From positions 1,054,001 through 1,118,000 of the forward strand of contig NC_067400.1 of the NCBI RefSeq assembly GCF_016432865.1: a stretch of 64,000 nt of DNA, given 5' to 3'. This DNA is from Antechinus flavipes (lineage: Eukaryota). Made by a program: the position numbers and the translations under genes. Positions 60,501-64,000 of the stretch are shown piece after piece (position 1 is the stretch's first letter; the number at the start of each line of letters is the position of its first letter). The notes beneath the pieces were generated by a model. That model ran no database searches. It was not told the DNA's origin and saw only the letters and a list, made by a program, of their open reading frames with translations.

Positions 60501-62215
60501 GATCAGAGAAGGAAAAAAGTGGTTCGACCCTCCACAGTCTTCCTGGAGATGGGCCAGCTGATCCTCGGCCCTGCCCCCAGGTCTCACCTTGGACTTCTTG
60601 CTCTCCTTTATCCAAGAGTTCGATACTGGGTGGGGGAGATGTGTTCTCCTCGCCCGTCAGCTTCAGCTGGCTCAGCACCGCATGGACAATGGGCAACATC
60701 ATGGCCGTTGTGGCTGTGTTGCTGATCCACATAGACAGGAAGGCCGTGATCCCCATGATGCCCAGCATTAGGCTGCAGGGAGGATTTAGGGCCAGAATCA
60801 GCTTCCTGCCCTCTTCAGGCACCCCTGGAAGGGCTCTACCCTCCCTGAGTGACCATCCTGCCAGACTGCCCAGTGTGCCCCGCCTCGGGAGGCTGAGCCA
60901 GGATGAGCTGCCCATAGTGTGGCCACTTCCTCCTTGGGGACCTTGAGCCCCCCGCCTGCATCTTTTTATCGTGTGTCTGGCTCACACCTGATCCAAGACA
61001 ACTGAGAAGAGACAAGCGAGATACATACAGGCCAGGAGAGACGCCAACAATGAGGAGGGTACGCAGAGCGATCCGCTTGTGGACATTCCAATGCTCCACC
61101 GCCACGGCCACGACCAGACCCCCCAGGAAGAGCATCGTGGTGTCTTTCATGTACTGGATACATACCTGAGGGGCGAGCAGAGGACAGCCTTCTGTGTGTT
61201 AGTCTCCCTGTCTCTGAATCTGTCTGCTTGTGACTGCTTGTCTGCCAGTCTGCTGTCTCTGAATCCATCTTCCTGACTGTATGTCTGCCTATCTGCCTGT
61301 CCCTGAGACAGCCTGCCTATCTGCCTGTGTCTGAGTCTGTCTGCCTGTGTCTGAGTCTGTCTGCCTGACTGTGTGTCTGCCTGTCTGTCTGTGTCTGAGT
61401 CTGCTTGCCTGTAACTGACTGCCTGTGTCTGAGTCTGTCTGCCTGTGTCTGCCTGTGTCTGAGTCTGTCTGCCTGTGACTGCTCATCTGCTTGTGTCTGA
61501 GTCTGTCTGCCTGTGACTGTCTGCCTGCCTGTGTCTGAGTCTGTCTGCCTGTGTCTGAGTCTGTCTGCCTGACTATGTGTCTGCCTGTCTGTCTGTGTCT
61601 GAGTCTGAGTCTGCTTGCCTGTAACTGTCTGCCTATGTCTGAGTCCGTCTGCCTGACTGTGTGTCTGTCTGTCTGCCTGTGTCTGAGTCTGTCTGCTTAT
61701 GACTGCCTGTGTCCGAGTCTGCCTGCATGTGTGTCTGCCTGTCTGCCTATGTCTGAGTCTGCTTGCCTGTGACTGCTCATCTGCCTGTGTGTCTGCCTAT
61801 GATTTAGAACCAGAGTTCTACAAGGGACTCTGCCATCTGAGTGACCTTGGACAAGTACCTCTCAGAGCCTCAGTTTGCTCATCTAGGGGGTAAGAAGGAC
61901 GAGTGTCCAGTAAGACAAGAGAGGCACATGGGGGCCAGTTGAAAAGACAAGGCAGATAGGTGGGTTGGGTGCTCCCTTTAATAAGCCAAAATGGAAAAGT
62001 TTCTGCTGCCCAGAGCGGCCCCCTGAGACTGCAGTAGAGTGGGAGTGCCCACAAGTCCACCACAAAGCTTCTCGAATTTGACTTACCTCTTTGGAGTTCA
62101 GAATTTTGAGCAAAGGGAACAACACAGCAGGGAAGAGGGACGTCACAGCCAGAGGGATGACCTCTGTGCACCAGTACACGGCCATGAGGATGATGACGTA
62201 GCCACAAGCAGCAGG
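46526..62215 (-). CDS. SLC13A5: Na+/citrate cotransporter NaCT, 5'-partial. Exons 62087-62215, 61029-61165, 60588-60772, 59698-59860, 55568-55690, 54897-55112, 53998-54098, 53755-53873, 52629-52790, 51957-52094, 46526-46663. Exon 1 lies right of the window
   Basis: [129 protein letters not shown]. Phases are continuous. The FYPPPLL/FRSQTEE segments and synteny with MED31 favour SLC13A5 over SLC13A2/3. Confidence 0.95.
48870..49143 (+). mobile_element. MIR-like fragment (48870-48945) followed by a short L1 3' end (48947-49143)
   Basis: cattttacagatgaggaaactgaggc..gtgacctgcccagggtc, then L1 3' UTR ending aataaaaagctataataaaaa. Confidence 0.7.
52876..53298. repeat. 22-bp minisatellite x~19 (gggggaccagagccccttccct), SLC13A5 intron 9
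   Basis: Directly visible; ORFs show 22-aa (3-unit) periodicity. Confidence 0.95.
57493..57683 (-). mobile_element. Non-autonomous hAT/Charlie DNA transposon, OposCharlie1 (OC1)-like, 191 bp
   Basis: TIRs CAGAGGTCCTCAAACT (57493-57508) and AGTTTGAGGACCCCTG (57668-57683); subterminal ..tatggctgcgggccagatgcggcagctgagga matches my recollection of the OC1 left end. TSD is degenerate (atctaagt / ataaagta). Confidence 0.8.
57879..58336 (+). mobile_element. Solo LTR of an endogenous retrovirus, 458 bp, 6-bp TSD AACATC
   Basis: TGT...ACA termini; AACATC at 57873-57878 and 58337-58342; TATA-like cataaata ~58054; AATAAA ~58278. Confidence 0.8.
59025..59570 (+). mobile_element. Decayed L1 ORF2 3' fragment
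   Basis: attagagaaatgcaaattaaaacaactctga..gggatgtgggaaaactgggacattaatgcactattg, L1 ORF2 C-terminal region. Confidence 0.8.
61270..61800. repeat. (TGTC/TCTG)-derived repeat (gtgtctgagtctgtctgcct units), SLC13A5 intron 2
   Basis: Directly visible. Confidence 0.9.
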
Positions 62216-62589
62216 CTGCAACACAAGCCATACTGGGAGTTAGGTGGCAGCCCCCACAGCTGCCCTCAAGAGAGGCTTGCTGTGCATTTCTCAAGCATTT
62301 CTACAAGGTGAGCTCCCCAAGTAATGAAGTACCCAAGACTGGGAAAAGTGAGAGCTTCAGTCAGACAAGTCCAAAGGGATCAGACCGCCATCAGGAAATG
62401 ACCCTGGCTCTCCCTCCTCTCTCGTCTTCTGGGAAGATGCGCTCTGGAAGACCAACCCATGGAAAAGGAGGTAAAGAGGGCGAGCCCCGCATCGCACCTT
62501 CCCCAAAGGTGAGGGGAAGGACCAGCAAATCACAGGACAACAGTAGCAATGGCCGACACGTAACATAGAGAGATATGGCGAGAGTTGAG

Positions 62590-62840
62590 CGCTTTATAAA
62601 TTTCTCATTTGATCCCCACGATGGCCCTGGGAATCCAATGTCATCTCCATTTCATGAAGGAGGAAAAAGCAAAGAGGGTGAGGTGACTGTCCCAGCATCA
62701 CACAGCTAGTGAGATCCTCCTGATCCCAAGTGAGTGCTTCCCCCGCTGAGATGCCTCCCAACAAAGAGCCTTGGGTCTGGAGCAAACACAGCCTTGGAAG
62801 TGCTCTGGGCTCAGTTTTCTCCTCTGTAAAGTGAGGACTC
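62590..62840. mobile_element. MIR/CORE-SINE fragments
   Basis: catctccatttcatgaaggagg..gtgactgtcccagcatcacacagctagt and ctcagttttctcctctgtaaagtgagg. Confidence 0.55.
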
Positions 62841-64000
62841 TTATTATGGAGTTTCAAAAGTCCATTCCCTTCTTAACAAAGCAGTCAGCAAAATTCAGGT
62901 CCCTGGGTGGCCACAGCTCCCCTTGCCCCTCATCAAGGATAACAAGGTGAGAGAATTGGACCTCACGGATGGGATGAGACCAGTGGTCAGAAATGACTCT
63001 TGGAGGAATATCTTATCTAAAAAGAGGAGGATCAAAATGTGGGCGGGGAGGGGAGGGAAAGAGGATGAGGGTAGCATTGATATATTTTTTAAAATCACCA
63101 TTTGGGGAAATCTAGGAGTCAGAATGGGGGACGCGTGGTGGACAGTTGGGCAAGGAGGATGGGGAACAGAATGGAAATCCTATTTTCATGGGAGTAAACT
63201 ACATCCCGCCCCGGCAGAAGGAAATGGCCGAGCGGCTCAGGGGGCCGAGCACCCATCTGAAAAGGATATTCTCGTGACCAGGGTTTTCAGTCATTGGGAA
63301 TCCGAGGTAACAGAACATTGTTTGGGACCGAACTGAATGATCTTTCAGGAGGTGGAGAAAGCAGTGATGGGATTGCTATTCAGTAAGTGCACCAACATCG
63401 AGAAGTACATGGGAACTTGGACAGGACAATAGGGACTGATGGGCAAGTACTCCAGATCTAGGGTGACCATACCTGCATTGGACAAGCATTTATTATGCAC
63501 CGACTAGGGGTGGAGCACTCTTGCTGGGACCTGGGACAGCAGGAGGGCTTTCTTTAGGCTCTGACATTCTCCTGGGGATGGGGGAGGCAGAAGAGCCCTG
63601 CTGGCCATATTGTGACCATATTGGGGAGGGGTGAGAATTAAAGAAGCTTCCTGAAGGCTTTAGTAGCCCAGTTTAGCCTTGAAGGATTATAGGAGGGGGA
63701 GGGGAGGAGTAGTCTAAGTTTAAGGGACAGCCTGAGATACCCAACAGTCACCTGGATGAAATTAGTCACATGTACTGTGTAAGAGAGCAGTCTCAGGGGT
63801 GACTGGGGGTTGGACCCCAACTCCTAAAAGCATTAGAGAAATGGGCCAGTCCCTCCTTAATACAATTTCTTCCCAATGGCCAGTCGGGGAAAGCGTGGGA
63901 CACTGCACTCAGCACCTCAGTCCCGGGCCTGGCCACCCTTCCAAAGCCTCTCCTCCACCCTGGGAGTGCCCCAGCCCGACAGTCGCCAGTTTCAGAAGTC

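Overview
Eukaryotic genomic DNA, almost certainly marsupial. The L1 3' ends, a WSINE1-like SINE and an OC1-type hAT element suggest a dasyurid (inference). The window is syntenic with human 17p13: KIAA0753 (minus, 16 coding exons in the window, last exon beyond the left edge), TXNDC17 (plus, 4 exons, head-to-head with KIAA0753), MED31 (minus, 4 exons, tail-to-tail with TXNDC17) and SLC13A5/NaCT (minus, exons 2-12, exon 1 beyond the right edge). I placed exons by hand from GT-AG sites, phase continuity and recalled human protein sequences. The left ~22.7 kb is very GC/CpG-rich and compact, and many KIAA0753 introns carry a distinct minisatellite. From 23 to 46 kb is intergenic, with RTE, L2, Mar1 and a ~9 kb nested L1 cluster. 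There are five N gaps. I found no prokaryotic features, CRISPR array or clear RNA gene, and no convincing wholly new system. The best leads are a repeat-built N-terminal extension of TXNDC17, a single copy of an exon that is duplicated in human KIAA0753, overlapping TXNDC17/MED31 3' ends, a thrice-repeated 17-mer upstream of MED31, an OC1 element, and an intact solo LTR in SLC13A5 intron 5.
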